Assembly: GCA_963798085.1 (NCBI GenBank)
Contig: CAWCRS010000007.1
Location: 416,001 to 480,000 of the forward strand
Source: an uncultured Gemmatimonadales bacterium
Lineage (GTDB): Bacteria; Gemmatimonadota; Gemmatimonadetes; Longimicrobiales; RSA9
DNA length: 64,000 nucleotides
Direction: 5' to 3'
Shown: piece after piece, positions 1-10,657 of the stretch
Position numbering within the stretch: position 1 is the first letter of the stretch
How the letters are laid out: each line of letters starts with the position of its first letter
Notes under the pieces: generated by a model
Databases searched by the model: none
What the model was told of the DNA's origin: nothing
What the model saw: only the letters and a program-made list of their open reading frames with translations
Translations under genes and position numbers: made by a program

Positions 1-911
1 ACCTGCCCCATGGCCGCGCGAAAGAGATCGCCGCCGCCGCCGTGCGTTGCCCGCAGCCGGCTGAACGCAGGCAGAATCGACAAGGTCGCGGTGTTGCCCA
101 GTACGCCCAGGAAATTGATCAGTGTGTACGCGGCCAGGTAGAGCCCGACTTCGGCGCGCCCGCGGAACGCGCGTAGAATCAGCACATCGGCATTGTAGAT
201 GACGAGCGCCAGCAGGTTGGTCACCAGCAGCGGCGCGGCGTGGTGCAGCACGGTGCGCACGAGCGCCGTGTCGATGCGCGGCCGCAGGCGCACGCCGCGC
301 ACGCGCAGGCTGATGTAGAGCTGGAGTGCGGCCGCGCTCTCGCCCGCGAACTGCGCGAGTGGCACGCGATACAGATCGGCCGGGCCGTGCACGTAGAGCA
401 GCAGCAGTGAGACGCGCACACCCTCGATCAGAAAGCGCGAAACGGCGACGCTGCGTGCCTGCTCGAGGCCGATGTGCACCCACCGCGTGCTCGCTCCGGT
501 GGCCAGCAGTGTGAGACCGTAGAGCGCCAGTACCGGTCCCTCGGGCCGCGTCATCAGGCCCAGACCCACGGCCGTCATGGCCAGCGCGATGAGGCCGGAC
601 GCGGCCAGCCGGCTGAGCGACATGGAAGCGGCCAGCAATGCCAGCTGTCCGCCGGCGCGCGAGATCTCCCGCGGGCCCAGCTGCTCCATTCCCAGATCGC
701 CCACCGCGCCGAAATAGAGCAGCACGGCGAAAGCAAAGCCGACTACACCGTACGCCTCGCTGCCCAGCTGGCGCGCAATGTAAATGGTGCCCAGGAACCC
801 GATCACGCGCGAGAGCAGCTCGCCGATCCCCAGTGTGACGAAGTTGCGCACCACGCTGGGCGGCGCCGTGGCGGTCGTGGTCTGCGCGGCGGGGCCCCCG
901 GGCGTGCTCAC
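1..911 (-). CDS. Polysaccharide flippase (Wzx/MATE-like), partial; 3' end runs off the window edge
   Basis: Manual translation from GTG at 911 (GTGA overlap with the upstream stop): VSTPGG...VVRNFVTLGIGELLSRVIGFLGTIYIARQLGSEAYGVVGFAFAVLLYF, a typical Wzx N-terminus with continuous hydrophobic helices. Not in the ORF track. Confidence 0.85.
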   Translation of the reverse strand, partial: MSTPGGPAAQTTTATAPPSVVRNFVTLGIGELLSRVIGFLGTIYIARQLGSEAYGVVGFAFAVLLYFGAVGDLGMEQLGPREISRAGGQLALLAASMSLSRLAASGLIALAMTAVGLGLMTRPEGPVLALYGLTLLATGASTRWVHIGLEQARSVAVSRFLIEGVRVSLLLLYVHGPADLYRVPLAQFAGESAAALQLYISLRVRGVRLRPRIDTALVRTVLHHAAPLLVTNLLALVIYNADVLILRAFRGRAEVGLYLAAYTLINFLGVLGNTATLSILPAFSRLRATHGGGGDLFRAAMGQ

Positions 912-1978
912 GCGCCAGGCGCTGGCAGGGCGGGGGCCGCGGCCATGCGGTCGCCCGCGTGGGCCGGCCTAACAGAAGGTTTGCAGGCGGTGGCGTGCAG
1001 CAGCGGGCCGATGCGACGCAGCAGTGCGCGGCCGGGCGGTGTGCGCACGCCTGCGTTGTACGCATCGATCACGCGACGCAGGCCCGCACCGAACCCGGCG
1101 CGCTGCGCAGCCGGCACTTCAGGCACGTACACTTCGATGGCGTCGAATCCCTCACTTACGAGCAGCCGGCGCAGGCTGCGCGCCGAGAAGAGCCTGCGCT
1201 CGGGCGGGATTGCGCCCCGCGCCCGCACCCAGGCGGCCAGCACACGCGGTGGCAGCCAGCCTCCGGCCCAGAGCCCCACGTGCGGGTCGGGGCCCAGGCT
1301 GAGGCGATTGGGCGTCGCCAGGAACAGCCAGCCGCCCGGGCGCAGCACGCGGAACGCCTCCTCCGCGCCCCGCCGCGCGTCACGCAACAGCTCGATCGCG
1401 GAATCCAGCACCACGCGTTCCGCGACCTGATCAGGGAAGGGAAGCGCCTCGGCGCAGGCGCACAGCAGCGGCACATCGACACCCGCATCCTCCAGCCGCC
1501 TGCGCGCTACCACCAGCCAGCGGAACGCGATGTCGACACCCGCGACGCGCTGATAACGCCGTGTTGCGGGCACCAGCAGGGGCGCCGTTCCGCAGCCGAT
1601 CTCCAGCAGCGTGGCTGCAGCCGCGTCGCCGGCCGCCGACTGCTCCCAGCGATCCAGCGAGTGCGCGGCCCTGTCCGCTGCCGCCAGCAGGGCGCGCGTG
1701 AACGCCTTCGCCTGGAACGGCGGCACCACCGTGGTCTGCTGGTAGTACAGCTCGACCATGTCCGCGAAACTGAGTCCGGCGCTCGACTGCGCCAGCTTCT
1801 CGCCCTTGGCGCGATCCTCCTCGAAACCGATGTAGGGATCGGGCCAGAGACGCAGGTCGGGAATGCCGAGGCGCACCGGGTAGGCGCGCTGACACGCTGT
1901 GCAGACGAGGCTGTCAGTCCGGGAACGCAGCTCCTGGCGGCACGCGGGGCAGACTAGCTCGAGGCCGTGCCAGTCCAT
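908..1978 (-). CDS. Class I SAM-dependent methyltransferase with N-terminal Trm112-like zinc-ribbon domain
   Basis: LVCPAC...LVCTACQRAYPVRLGIPDL N-terminus; motif I LLEIGCGTA; AEALPF; RVLRPGG. Confidence 0.85.
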   Translation of the reverse strand: MDWHGLELVCPACRQELRSRTDSLVCTACQRAYPVRLGIPDLRLWPDPYIGFEEDRAKGEKLAQSSAGLSFADMVELYYQQTTVVPPFQAKAFTRALLAAADRAAHSLDRWEQSAAGDAAAATLLEIGCGTAPLLVPATRRYQRVAGVDIAFRWLVVARRRLEDAGVDVPLLCACAEALPFPDQVAERVVLDSAIELLRDARRGAEEAFRVLRPGGWLFLATPNRLSLGPDPHVGLWAGGWLPPRVLAAWVRARGAIPPERRLFSARSLRRLLVSEGFDAIEVYVPEVPAAQRAGFGAGLRRVIDAYNAGVRTPPGRALLRRIGPLLHATACKPSVRPAHAGDRMAAAPALPAPGA

Positions 1979-2790
1979 GCATCCGTTCCATGCGCCTTGC
2001 GGTCATCGCGCGCGCCGCGGGACGCGAAGACCATCCCCGTGTGACCGTCGAATGCCTCGCGATCAATGCGGAAGCCCGCGGCGCGCAACCGTTCGAGCGT
2101 GCCCGCGTGGCGGTCGGCACCGTGCGTTTCCATGGTGACCACGCCTGTGCGCGCCAGCACCTGCGCGGCGCCATCGAGTACGTCCAGCTCCATGCCCTCG
2201 GTATCGATCTTGAGCAGGGCAACCGCATCAATGCCATAGCCGTCGGCGTAGTCGTCCAGCGTCAGCACCTCGAGCCTGCGCTTCGTCACCGCGCGCTCCC
2301 ACGGAATGGTCGAGGCCATCACGGCATCCCGATCCACCGACAGCTCGATGTGTCCAGGCGAGGCGCCCACGGCAACGACGTTTACCGCAGCGGATGGACA
2401 GTTCAGCCGGGCCATGCGCGCGTTTTCCTCGAGCGGCTCGAAGCAATGAATCGCACGGCCCGGATACTCGCGCGCGAACCACGCGGCGGCCAGCCCTATA
2501 TTCGCGCCGACATCGAGAATGACGCCATCGCCCACCGGCACGGACGGCCGGTACACCTGACGATGGAAGAGATTGGGCAGGTTCGTGATGTCGCCGAAGT
2601 TGTCACGGAAGTGAAGCAGCCCGCCGCGCGCACGCACCGTGTAGATCTGCCCGGGATGATGGCGCGCCAGGCCGAGGCGGACCCGAATGTTCTTCGTTTC
2701 GTGCCACAGGATCGCGCGGCTCGCCGCGCCATCCTCGCCTACCGCGCTGGCACACGCCCAGAACTCTGCGAGCCTGCCGAACCCCGCCAT
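1954..2790 (-). CDS. FkbM family methyltransferase
   Basis: ILDVGANIG, CFEP, LLKIDTEGMELDVLDGA motifs. Confidence 0.9.
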   Translation of the reverse strand: MAGFGRLAEFWACASAVGEDGAASRAILWHETKNIRVRLGLARHHPGQIYTVRARGGLLHFRDNFGDITNLPNLFHRQVYRPSVPVGDGVILDVGANIGLAAAWFAREYPGRAIHCFEPLEENARMARLNCPSAAVNVVAVGASPGHIELSVDRDAVMASTIPWERAVTKRRLEVLTLDDYADGYGIDAVALLKIDTEGMELDVLDGAAQVLARTGVVTMETHGADRHAGTLERLRAAGFRIDREAFDGHTGMVFASRGARDDRKAHGTDAWTGTASS

Positions 2791-2793
2791 CGC

Positions 2794-3760
2794 TCAGCCC
2801 TTGCCCTGGAGCGCGGGTTGCGCTGCCACCGCACGACCGGGCGCGAGCCGGCCGGGCGATCCGGTCAGATAGCCCACGAACTCACCCGCCATCCAGAGGC
2901 AGGCGACGAACAGCAGGGCGGGCAGCACGCGCGGGATCTGCCCGCGATAACGCTTTCTTAGCAGCAGATTCCTGACCGCACGCCAGGCCAGCAGGAACGG
3001 CATGATGACGCAGGCAGCGGCATACACAAGGCGCCGGGAGAGGGGCGCATTCTCCACGCGCGTGCTGGCGAACAGCCGGCCGAATGCGTACCGGTCGCGC
3101 GCGGCGGAATGCCACAGTCAGCGGGCGCTGCTCGCGGACAATGATGGCGGGATCCAGCCAGAGCACGCGGCCCAGCGCGTGCAGCCGCCCGTTCACCACG
3201 TTCTCGTGAAATTCACCGTCCCAGGCATCAGCCACTTCGTCGAGCGCCGCACGCTTGTAGCTGACATTGCAGTCGGTAAGCGTGTGGGCGGGTCCCGCGG
3301 GCAGCGGATTCATGTAGCGACTGTAATCCGTGAGATAGACAGCCCAATTGAGCGCGGAGTCGGAGCTCCGGCCCGCGGGGAACCCTTTCTCGACGGAGCC
3401 GCCCACGGCTGCGTGCGCCGCTTCGTGCGCGGCCAGCACGCGCGCGCCCCAGTCCGGGTCAGGAACACAGTGGTCCTCGAGCAGGGCAACGATACGGCCA
3501 CGTGCGCGTGTTACCGCCAGTGTCCGCAGTTCGGCGGGTGTGCGGCGGCCCGGCAGGCGCAGAAATGCGACCTGCGGAAAACGCTGCTCCAGCGACGCAG
3601 CGTCCGACAGTGCGTCGTCGCAGGGCACGATGATCTCGGGCAGGTCGATGCCCTGCTGCCGGGTCAGCGCTTCGAGGCACCGCGCCAGCGGCTCGCGTCC
3701 CGCGAACATGATGACCGAGACGCTGAGCGCGCAGGGCGCATCCCGCTGCACGTCGCTCAC
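2794..3760 (-). CDS. Glycosyltransferase family 2 (frameshifted at ~3110, probably an assembly error)
   Basis: LSVSVIM...LARCLEAL...IVALLEDHCVPDPDW; the frame continues after one extra T (gcattccgcc) as RDRYAFGRLFASTRV... into the hydrophobic C-terminus ending at 2794. Confidence 0.8.
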
Positions 3761-4854
3761 GCGTTCGCCTCCATCTGCTCCAGGTCCGCACTGCGCGGCG
3801 GGGCCGCGGCCGGCGCCAGGTGCGTGGCCGCACACGCGATCTCGATGGCGCGCAGGCCATCCGTTCCGGTCGCAATGTTCGAGCGCTGTCCCGCAACGGC
3901 CTGTTCCAGCGCCGCGTACTCGCGCACGAAGCTCTGCTCGACCACCCAGCGGTAGGAACGCAGGTGCTCGCCGATCATGGTGCTCAGGAATGATTCGCGC
4001 GAGCGCTGCATGGTACCACCGGGCCGGTCCGAGCGCAGCATCTCGAGACGCATCGGGAAGCACGTCGCCACGATGCTGCCGCGCGTGCCCACCAGCTCAA
4101 TGGCGAAACGGTAGCGTCCCCACTCCGTCCAGCTGGCGTGCAGCGTGGCCACGCGGTCCGCGGCATTGCGCAGCAGGAGGAAGCCGTTGTCCTCGGCACG
4201 GCCGTAGCCCCAGACCCAGCCGGTCGCCCACCCCTGGATGTCCACCACTTCGCCCAGGAACCAGCGCGTCAGATCGATCAGGTGAATGCCGTTGTCGTGC
4301 AGCGCGCCACCACCCACGACGCTGGCATCCTTGACCCACGGCTGGTTGTGACTGGTCGCCGAGTATCCGGCGTACGCGCGAATGTGGCTCAGCTCACCGA
4401 TCTCGCCGCGCTCGAGCAGCTCGTGCGCGCGCTGGAACAATGGATAGAAGCGGTAGTTGAAGCCCGTGGCCAGCACACGGTTCGCGGCCTTCGCCGCCGC
4501 CACCATCTCGCGACACTCATCCGGCGTGCGCGCCAGCGGCTTCTCACACAGCACGTGCTTGCCGGCTTGCAGCGCCGCAACCGCCATCTCGGCGTGCAGT
4601 GAAGGCGGCGTGGAGATAATCGCCACATCCAGATCGCGCGTGAGCAGTGTGTGCCATTCGCGATCGTGCAATGCGCCATGCCTGGTGGCCAGCGCAGCCG
4701 CCTTGCGGCCGTCCACATCGCTGACAGCCACCAGACGTGCGCCGGCGCGCGCCAGTGCCGCCGCACGCACCACACCAATGTCACCACAACCGATCAGCCC
4801 GTACCGCAACGAGCCGGCCTTCGGCTGTGCGCGGGACGCCTCAATCTTCGACAT
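3757..4854 (-). CDS. Gfo/Idh/MocA family oxidoreductase (likely NDP-sugar)
   Basis: GLIGCGDIG Rossmann motif, HVLCEKPLA, GGGALHDNGIHLID. Confidence 0.9.
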   Translation of the reverse strand: MSKIEASRAQPKAGSLRYGLIGCGDIGVVRAAALARAGARLVAVSDVDGRKAAALATRHGALHDREWHTLLTRDLDVAIISTPPSLHAEMAVAALQAGKHVLCEKPLARTPDECREMVAAAKAANRVLATGFNYRFYPLFQRAHELLERGEIGELSHIRAYAGYSATSHNQPWVKDASVVGGGALHDNGIHLIDLTRWFLGEVVDIQGWATGWVWGYGRAEDNGFLLLRNAADRVATLHASWTEWGRYRFAIELVGTRGSIVATCFPMRLEMLRSDRPGGTMQRSRESFLSTMIGEHLRSYRWVVEQSFVREYAALEQAVAGQRSNIATGTDGLRAIEIACAATHLAPAAAPPRSADLEQMEANA

Positions 4855-5830
4855 GACTCAACCCGTACCTCTCCATGGTCCTGCGAATACCATCCGCCAC
4901 GGTCGTGGGCGGCGTCCAACCGGTGAGCTGGCGCAGCTTCGCCGTGCTCACCGCACCATAACACATGGTTTCACTGCGCTGCGGCAGCGCGCCGAATTGC
5001 AGGCGCTGCGCGGGCAGCCCCAGCTGATACGCCGCCTGTTCCGCGAAGGAGCGCACCGAGGTGAGCTGGCCGGTGCCCAGATTCACCACGGTCGCCCCGG
5101 AAACCCGGGCCGCGCCGAGTCGAAGCAGGCCCTCGGCAACGTCGTCTATGTAGATGAAGTCCAGCGCCTGCGTCCCGCTCGTGAGCGGTAGTGACGCGGC
5201 CGTCGTTGTCGCCTCGATCAGCGAGGGCAGCAGCCTGCCTTCCATTTCACCCGGGCCGTACACCGTGAAGATGCGCGCCGTCATCACGGGAATGCCGGAC
5301 AGAGCGGCACAGCGCTGCAGCGCCAGCGTGCCCGCCAGTTTCGTGCGCCCGTACAGCGTGGTCGGGCGAGGCGGCGTTTCCTCCGTCAGCTCGCCGGCTG
5401 CCATGCCGTACTCGAGCTGCGTGCCCGCGTGCACCAGTGCGGCACCCGGCCAGGATGCATCGCGCACGTGGCTCACGGCTTCGCAGAGATGCATGGGTGC
5501 TTCGCCATTGATGCGCTGCGCCGGCACCGCATCCTGCTCCGCACGCGCCACGCCGTAGCCCGTCAGGTTGAACGTCACGTGGGGCCGCAGCAGACGCAGT
5601 GTAGCGTGGAGGCGGGCGCGGTCCAGCACATCACAGTCGACGATCCCCGTATCGAATCCAGTTTCGGCCTGCAACAGCTCCGCCGCCTCGCGGTCGCGCA
5701 CCACCCGCGTCACATGCGCATCCTGTGCCACCAGCGCCCTGGCCACCGCCCCGCCAATGAAGCCGGTCGCCCCGAACACCAGTGCGCGCACGCCGGCATA
5801 ACGGCGCAGCACGGCCGCATCAGTGGTCAC
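4841..5830 (-). CDS. NAD-dependent epimerase/dehydratase
   Basis: GATGFIG, YGRTK (YxxxK), VYGPGE, DFIYIDDVA. Confidence 0.9.
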   Translation of the reverse strand: MTTDAAVLRRYAGVRALVFGATGFIGGAVARALVAQDAHVTRVVRDREAAELLQAETGFDTGIVDCDVLDRARLHATLRLLRPHVTFNLTGYGVARAEQDAVPAQRINGEAPMHLCEAVSHVRDASWPGAALVHAGTQLEYGMAAGELTEETPPRPTTLYGRTKLAGTLALQRCAALSGIPVMTARIFTVYGPGEMEGRLLPSLIEATTTAASLPLTSGTQALDFIYIDDVAEGLLRLGAARVSGATVVNLGTGQLTSVRSFAEQAAYQLGLPAQRLQFGALPQRSETMCYGAVSTAKLRQLTGWTPPTTVADGIRRTMERYGLSHVED

Positions 5831-8059
5831 GCGGCGACTCCTGCAGCAGTGTGGCCGCAGTCACCGGCCCGCGCGCCACGCGAAACCCCTCGCCCGTACG
5901 CGAGGGACCATCAGGATCCACACCGGGCGATCAGGAAACGCTTCCAGCACGGCGCGCTCCGTCGCCGCGTCCCTGTCCCACGCGTACACCGGCGCGGCGC
6001 TCTGCAGATCGACGGGATTGTAAACAGCCGCAGCAGCATAATCCGGGTGATTGCGGCCGCGCACGAGGACAAGGCTTCTGCCGAATCCATTGCGTAACGC
6101 GAGAGTGCGCACGTCAGGCCGGCCGCCGCGATAGTGGTAATACTTGTCCGCCGCGCGCCAGGGCACGAAGACCAGCAGTGTGGCCAGACAGAGCGCGAGT
6201 ACGGCGAGCTGCGGTCGCGCCCCGTCCTCCGCGCGCACGAAGCTGTCGCTCAGCACCTCCAGCCCGCGCGCGCTCAGCACCAGACAGGGGATGAGAATGA
6301 GATACCAGTAGCGCGCGCCGAAATCGGGGCCGCCACTGAACCAGTAAAAGCTGTGTGCGCCCGTGATCGCGAGGATCACGGCCAGCATGTGCCAGTCACG
6401 ACGTTGCATGCGCCGTGAGAACACCAGCAGCGCCAGCAGCAGCAGTGAGCCGGTTGCCCAGCCCAGCAACTCGATGTTCACCTGGAAAGCGTTGAAGTTC
6501 GCGTTGACCGCGACATCGATGGGACCGTGGCCCGGGAATGGATCGAGTCCGCCGAAGGGCAATCCGCGATTGGCGCCGAACCCCAGCGAATTGGAGCCGA
6601 CACCGTAGTGCGAATCCGTGTATGCCATGATCGGAAAGTATGTGGCGCGACCCGTGAAATGGCGGTTGTAAGGCAGTGTTGTGGCGGCGGTGGCCATGGC
6701 GGTGAGGCCCATGAGTGTGAGCTGCAGTACCCGCCTGCCGGCACGCGGGCGGCCGCCCAGTGTCCAGAGGCCGAGCAGCAACGCCGCGGTGAATCCCTCG
6801 AGCGGGCGGCTGAGTCCCAGAAAACCCAGACCGATTCCCGCCGGCAGAGCCCACCACAGACGACCACCGTCGCGCAGGCGCAGCACGGCGAGCGCCGCAA
6901 GGAGCGCCGCGGGCAGTGTCACCTGGTGATTCATGAAGCTCATGCCCATGAACAGGAACCAGGGTGAGCTGCACAGCAGCAGCACACTGAGCCTCGCCAG
7001 TCGCCGCCCGTACATCCCGGCCACCACGCGGTACGCCAGCAGCACGCTGATGCCGCTCAGCAGGGGATTCACCAGCCACGCAGCGCCCAGCCGCGCACCC
7101 AGCGCGAGCACCGCAGGCCAGCCGGGCGGAACCGGCGAGTACCAGCGCGTCGCATCATACGTCATCAGGTCGATGTCGAACGCGGCCGGCACCGGCGGCA
7201 GCTTCATGGACAGCAGCCCGTGCGCGAAGTAGCGGGCGTGCAGCAGGTAGACGAACTCGTCGGGCACGTGCGGCTGACGCTGGTACGCGAGCACATTGAG
7301 CAGTGCCGCAGCCAGCACGGCGAATCCTGCCGCGAACCAGCTGAAACGGTCCAGACGCGTGGCGTCGTTTGCAGCGCCCAGCAGGTGATCACTCCTGCGC
7401 TGCAGAGCCGTGACGTCGCTTGCGGGCAGCGCGCCGAAGGCCAGGACGACGGTGGCGAGCGCCAGCAGCTGCAGCAGCGTGGCCAGCACCAGCTCCTGCA
7501 CGTATGCCTGTGGCGGTCGTGAGAGCGTCGCGCTCGTCAGTACGAAGAGGATGACCACCGCGGCGAGTCGCAGGCCCGTCCAGCGCTCCGCCAGCCAGCG
7601 CGCCAGAGCGTGACGCCGTCCGGCTAACGCCGCCGTAACGACGACGAGCTGCAGAACGAGCAGTGCACTCCAGACCCGGTTGCCGCCGCCGGCCAGCTGG
7701 CTCCAGGCAGCGATGTGCTGGTATCCCACACTGGGTCCGGCGTGGATCAGCTGGAGCGTTATCGCCTGTCCGACGAGCGCCGTGCCCGCCCATGCCAGGA
7801 AGCGCAGGCGCTCGCGCGTCGCGAACAGCGCGGTTATCAGGAACACCACGGCCAATGCGACCGGCACCACGAAGCGGCCGGTCAACTGGCCCTCCGCGCC
7901 GCGGAAAGCGCCGCCCAGGAACGCCCATGCCAGCGTGCCGGCCGTCAGCAGCCAGCACAGCAGGCGCAGCGCGAGCCACGCGCCGGTGCGCGGTGACATA
8001 GCGCCGTCACGACCCGGGGCCACGGGTTTCACGGTGGAAGTCGTGCCGGTCGACGGCAT
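5820..8059 (-). CDS. Polytopic membrane glycosyltransferase (GT-C/ArnT-PMT-like); probable 1-nt deletion near 5912
   Basis: Many TM helices, PDEFVY acidic loop motif, PPGWP, GARYWY. Restoring one G (atcctgatgg) gives WILDGPSRTGEGFRV... ending at TGA 5820. Confidence 0.7.
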
Positions 8060-8068
8060 GCGCCGATC

Positions 8069-9883
8069 TCAGTGGCGCGCCGGACGGATCCTGCCCGGAA
8101 AGCGCTCGAGTGGCTTTGCGAGCAGCGCCCGTACACTGTCCGCCGTGGTGCTCAGATCGTGTCGCTCGTCCGGGTCCTGCCGCAGATCGTACAGCTCGAA
8201 GGCGCCGTCGCCATCGCGGATCAGCTTCAGCGGATCGGCAAACGTGGCCCGCATGTCGCCGTGGCTCACCGGATAGTTGGTCGGGTTCCCCGAAGCGTAG
8301 CTCACGGCCGCGATGAGCGTGTCCGGCCGCGTCGCGAGACCGGGCGGCGCAATCCACCAGCGCGCCAGTGATCGACCCGGTAACAGGCTGTCAGAGGGTA
8401 CGCCCAGCACGTCCAGCACCGTGGCCGCCACATCGCGCAGCGAGATCCACGCATCGACGCGCGCGCCGCGCGGCACCGACCGCGGCCAGGATATCACCAG
8501 CGGCACGTGCAGCACACGATCGTACAGGCTGTTGCCGTGCGTGAACACGCCGTGCTCACCGAATTCCTCACCGTGATCGGCGGTCACGATCACAATCGTG
8601 TTATCGAGCATGCCGCGCTGCCGCAGCGAATCCAGCAGCATCCCCAGGTGCTGATCCAGGTAGGCGATCGAGCCGTCGTAGGCATCGCGCTCGGCCACCA
8701 CTTCGCGCGGCGACAGCTTGCGCACCTGGCGCAGCACCGGGTCGCGACCCGGGAGCCGCGGCCCGAACAGCGTGTCCCACGGCGAGGGCGGCAGATAGGG
8801 ATCATGCGCATCGAAATAGTTGAGGAACGCGAAGAACGGGTGACCGTTGTCGCGGCCCGCCCAGCGCAGGAACTCCGCGTCCACATCCGGTGCGCGCTTG
8901 CGCCCCGGCAGATCGTCCATGTGCAGCGCGTGCCGCCAGCGCGGCCGGTTCACGATCGCGCGCATCAGCGAGGACGAGCGCAGCAAATCGCCCGCCGAGA
9001 AAACGAAATAGTCGGCGTAGTGCGTGAAACCGCGCGCGAGCCCGGTCTCGCGACTCGTATTGTACGTGTTGGCCGCGAACCCGCCGGTCCGCCAGCCGCG
9101 ATCGCGCAACACTTCCGCGAGCGTGCGCGGCCTGGCATCCAGCGGCGTGCGCCAGTCCGCCGACAGCTCGGGCGCCAGCAGGCCGGTGAAGACGCTGGCG
9201 TGCGAGGGCAGCGTCCACGGCGCCGTCGAATACGCATGATCGAAAGCCACTCCGCTTTCCGCCAGCCGCTGCAGATTGGGCGAGGTCGGCCGCTCATAGC
9301 CGTAGAGACTGAGACTCGCGGCGCGCACCGTGTCCCAGATGATCAGCAGCACGTTCGGCGCACCGGCCGGCGGCGCCGGCAGCGCGGCCAGCGCGCGCCG
9401 CTCTTCCAGCAGCCAGCGCCCGTTCAGGCCTGCGAACACCGCTGTTACCAGAAGGGCCAGCACCGGCACGGCCCGCCGCGCGAGCGGCACGAACCGGCCT
9501 GCGCGTCGCGCCAGCATCAGCGACAGCTGCGTGGCAATGCCCGCTGCCACCAGCAGCGCGGCCAGCTTCGACAAGCGCTGATAGAGGAAAAGTACACCCG
9601 CGCCGCCCAGTGCCATGCACACCAGCAGCACCCAGCGCAGCATGCGATCCGGCGAGACGCGCCAGGCGAGCACGCGCAGCAGCGCCGTGAGCAGCAGGAA
9701 GAGCAGGAGATAGGATATCGGCGCGAGCCACGCAGATTGCGGATTCAGATGGGTGAAGCGGTCCAGGCCGAAACGCGCCAGCGCCAGCAGCGCCGTCTCC
9801 GCCAGCCCAGTCGCCAGCCCCAGCGCGGCCGCCACGAGGAACACGTCGCGCCAGCGCAGACGGGACGGTTCGCCCTGCTTCAC
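8069..9883 (-). CDS. Membrane-anchored sulfatase-like hydrolase/transferase (alkaline phosphatase superfamily)
   Basis: About 5 N-terminal TM helices, PNVLLIIWDTVRA, TAPWTLPSHAS, YFDAHDPY, TADHGEEFGEHG; GTG start at 9883 after GGGGAG. Confidence 0.85.
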   Translation of the reverse strand: MKQGEPSRLRWRDVFLVAAALGLATGLAETALLALARFGLDRFTHLNPQSAWLAPISYLLLFLLLTALLRVLAWRVSPDRMLRWVLLVCMALGGAGVLFLYQRLSKLAALLVAAGIATQLSLMLARRAGRFVPLARRAVPVLALLVTAVFAGLNGRWLLEERRALAALPAPPAGAPNVLLIIWDTVRAASLSLYGYERPTSPNLQRLAESGVAFDHAYSTAPWTLPSHASVFTGLLAPELSADWRTPLDARPRTLAEVLRDRGWRTGGFAANTYNTSRETGLARGFTHYADYFVFSAGDLLRSSSLMRAIVNRPRWRHALHMDDLPGRKRAPDVDAEFLRWAGRDNGHPFFAFLNYFDAHDPYLPPSPWDTLFGPRLPGRDPVLRQVRKLSPREVVAERDAYDGSIAYLDQHLGMLLDSLRQRGMLDNTIVIVTADHGEEFGEHGVFTHGNSLYDRVLHVPLVISWPRSVPRGARVDAWISLRDVAATVLDVLGVPSDSLLPGRSLARWWIAPPGLATRPDTLIAAVSYASGNPTNYPVSHGDMRATFADPLKLIRDGDGAFELYDLRQDPDERHDLSTTADSVRALLAKPLERFPGRIRPARH

Positions 9884-10119
9884 GTGTGGCTCCCCGCTCT
9901 TGTCTGGAAACTCGCGGCGTGCCTGCCAGCCGGACAACGCTGCCAACGAAGGCCCCGACCGCGGCCCGGCCGCCCGTCCACCGCAGGCCAACGCACGGCT
10001 GATTGCAACCCGGATTGCACTGCGGCCGCCACCAGCGCCGCTGCTCCGGGCTGCATCACGCCCCGCCGATGGCAACCCGCTTCAGGACTCAACGGCGAAC
10101 TGCTCAATGTGCGGAGATT

Positions 10120-10272
10120 TCAGCGCGCGAACATCCGCGTGAACGTGCGGGACATCCATTGGACCGTCAGCCGCGTGACTCCTACCACCTTGCGCCAGAA
10201 CATCAGCAGCACACCGCCCACTGCGGCAAGCGCCGACGCCAGCGGCATGATGGTTTCCGGACCGATATACAT
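10120..10272 (-). CDS. Small (50 aa) single-pass membrane protein
   Basis: GGAAGGAGG RBS before ATG; MYIGPETIMPLASALAAVGGVLLMFWRKVVGVTRLTVQWMSRTFTRMFAR. Confidence 0.7.
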   Translation of the reverse strand: MYIGPETIMPLASALAAVGGVLLMFWRKVVGVTRLTVQWMSRTFTRMFAR

Positions 10273-10657
10273 GCCAAAACCTCCTTCCAGGGCCCACCGG
10301 CCACACCACCGTACTCCCGAAACCGGGAAGCGGCACCACGACCTTTGCCATTTCCGGACCAGCTTCCAATCCCCCCAACGGTACGCCTTCCACGCCCGCG
10401 ACGCGAGCGCCCGCCTGGCGCAGTGCGTTGCCTGACCGGCGCAACTGTCGCGGGAAAGCTGCGCTGATCTCCCGTTCGGCCTCCACACGGGATGCCCCAC
10501 CCATTCCAATGACCTCGGCCCGATCAGCGCGCCGCGTCCTGTTGTAGCGCCTGCGCGACAAACGTCGCGCGCAAGACTTGCGCTCCGCCAGATTAACCGC
10601 AGAATCGCAGCAGGCAACCGATCGCTCGAATCCACTCGGGCAACTGTTGAACAGGGA

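Noticed and set aside
8507..10435. 642-aa plus-strand ORF (also 35385-37295, 51352-52893, 55800-57332 and similar)
   Set aside because: Shadow or alternate-frame ORFs of recognisable genes in high-GC DNA; Arg/Ala/Gly-rich with no motifs
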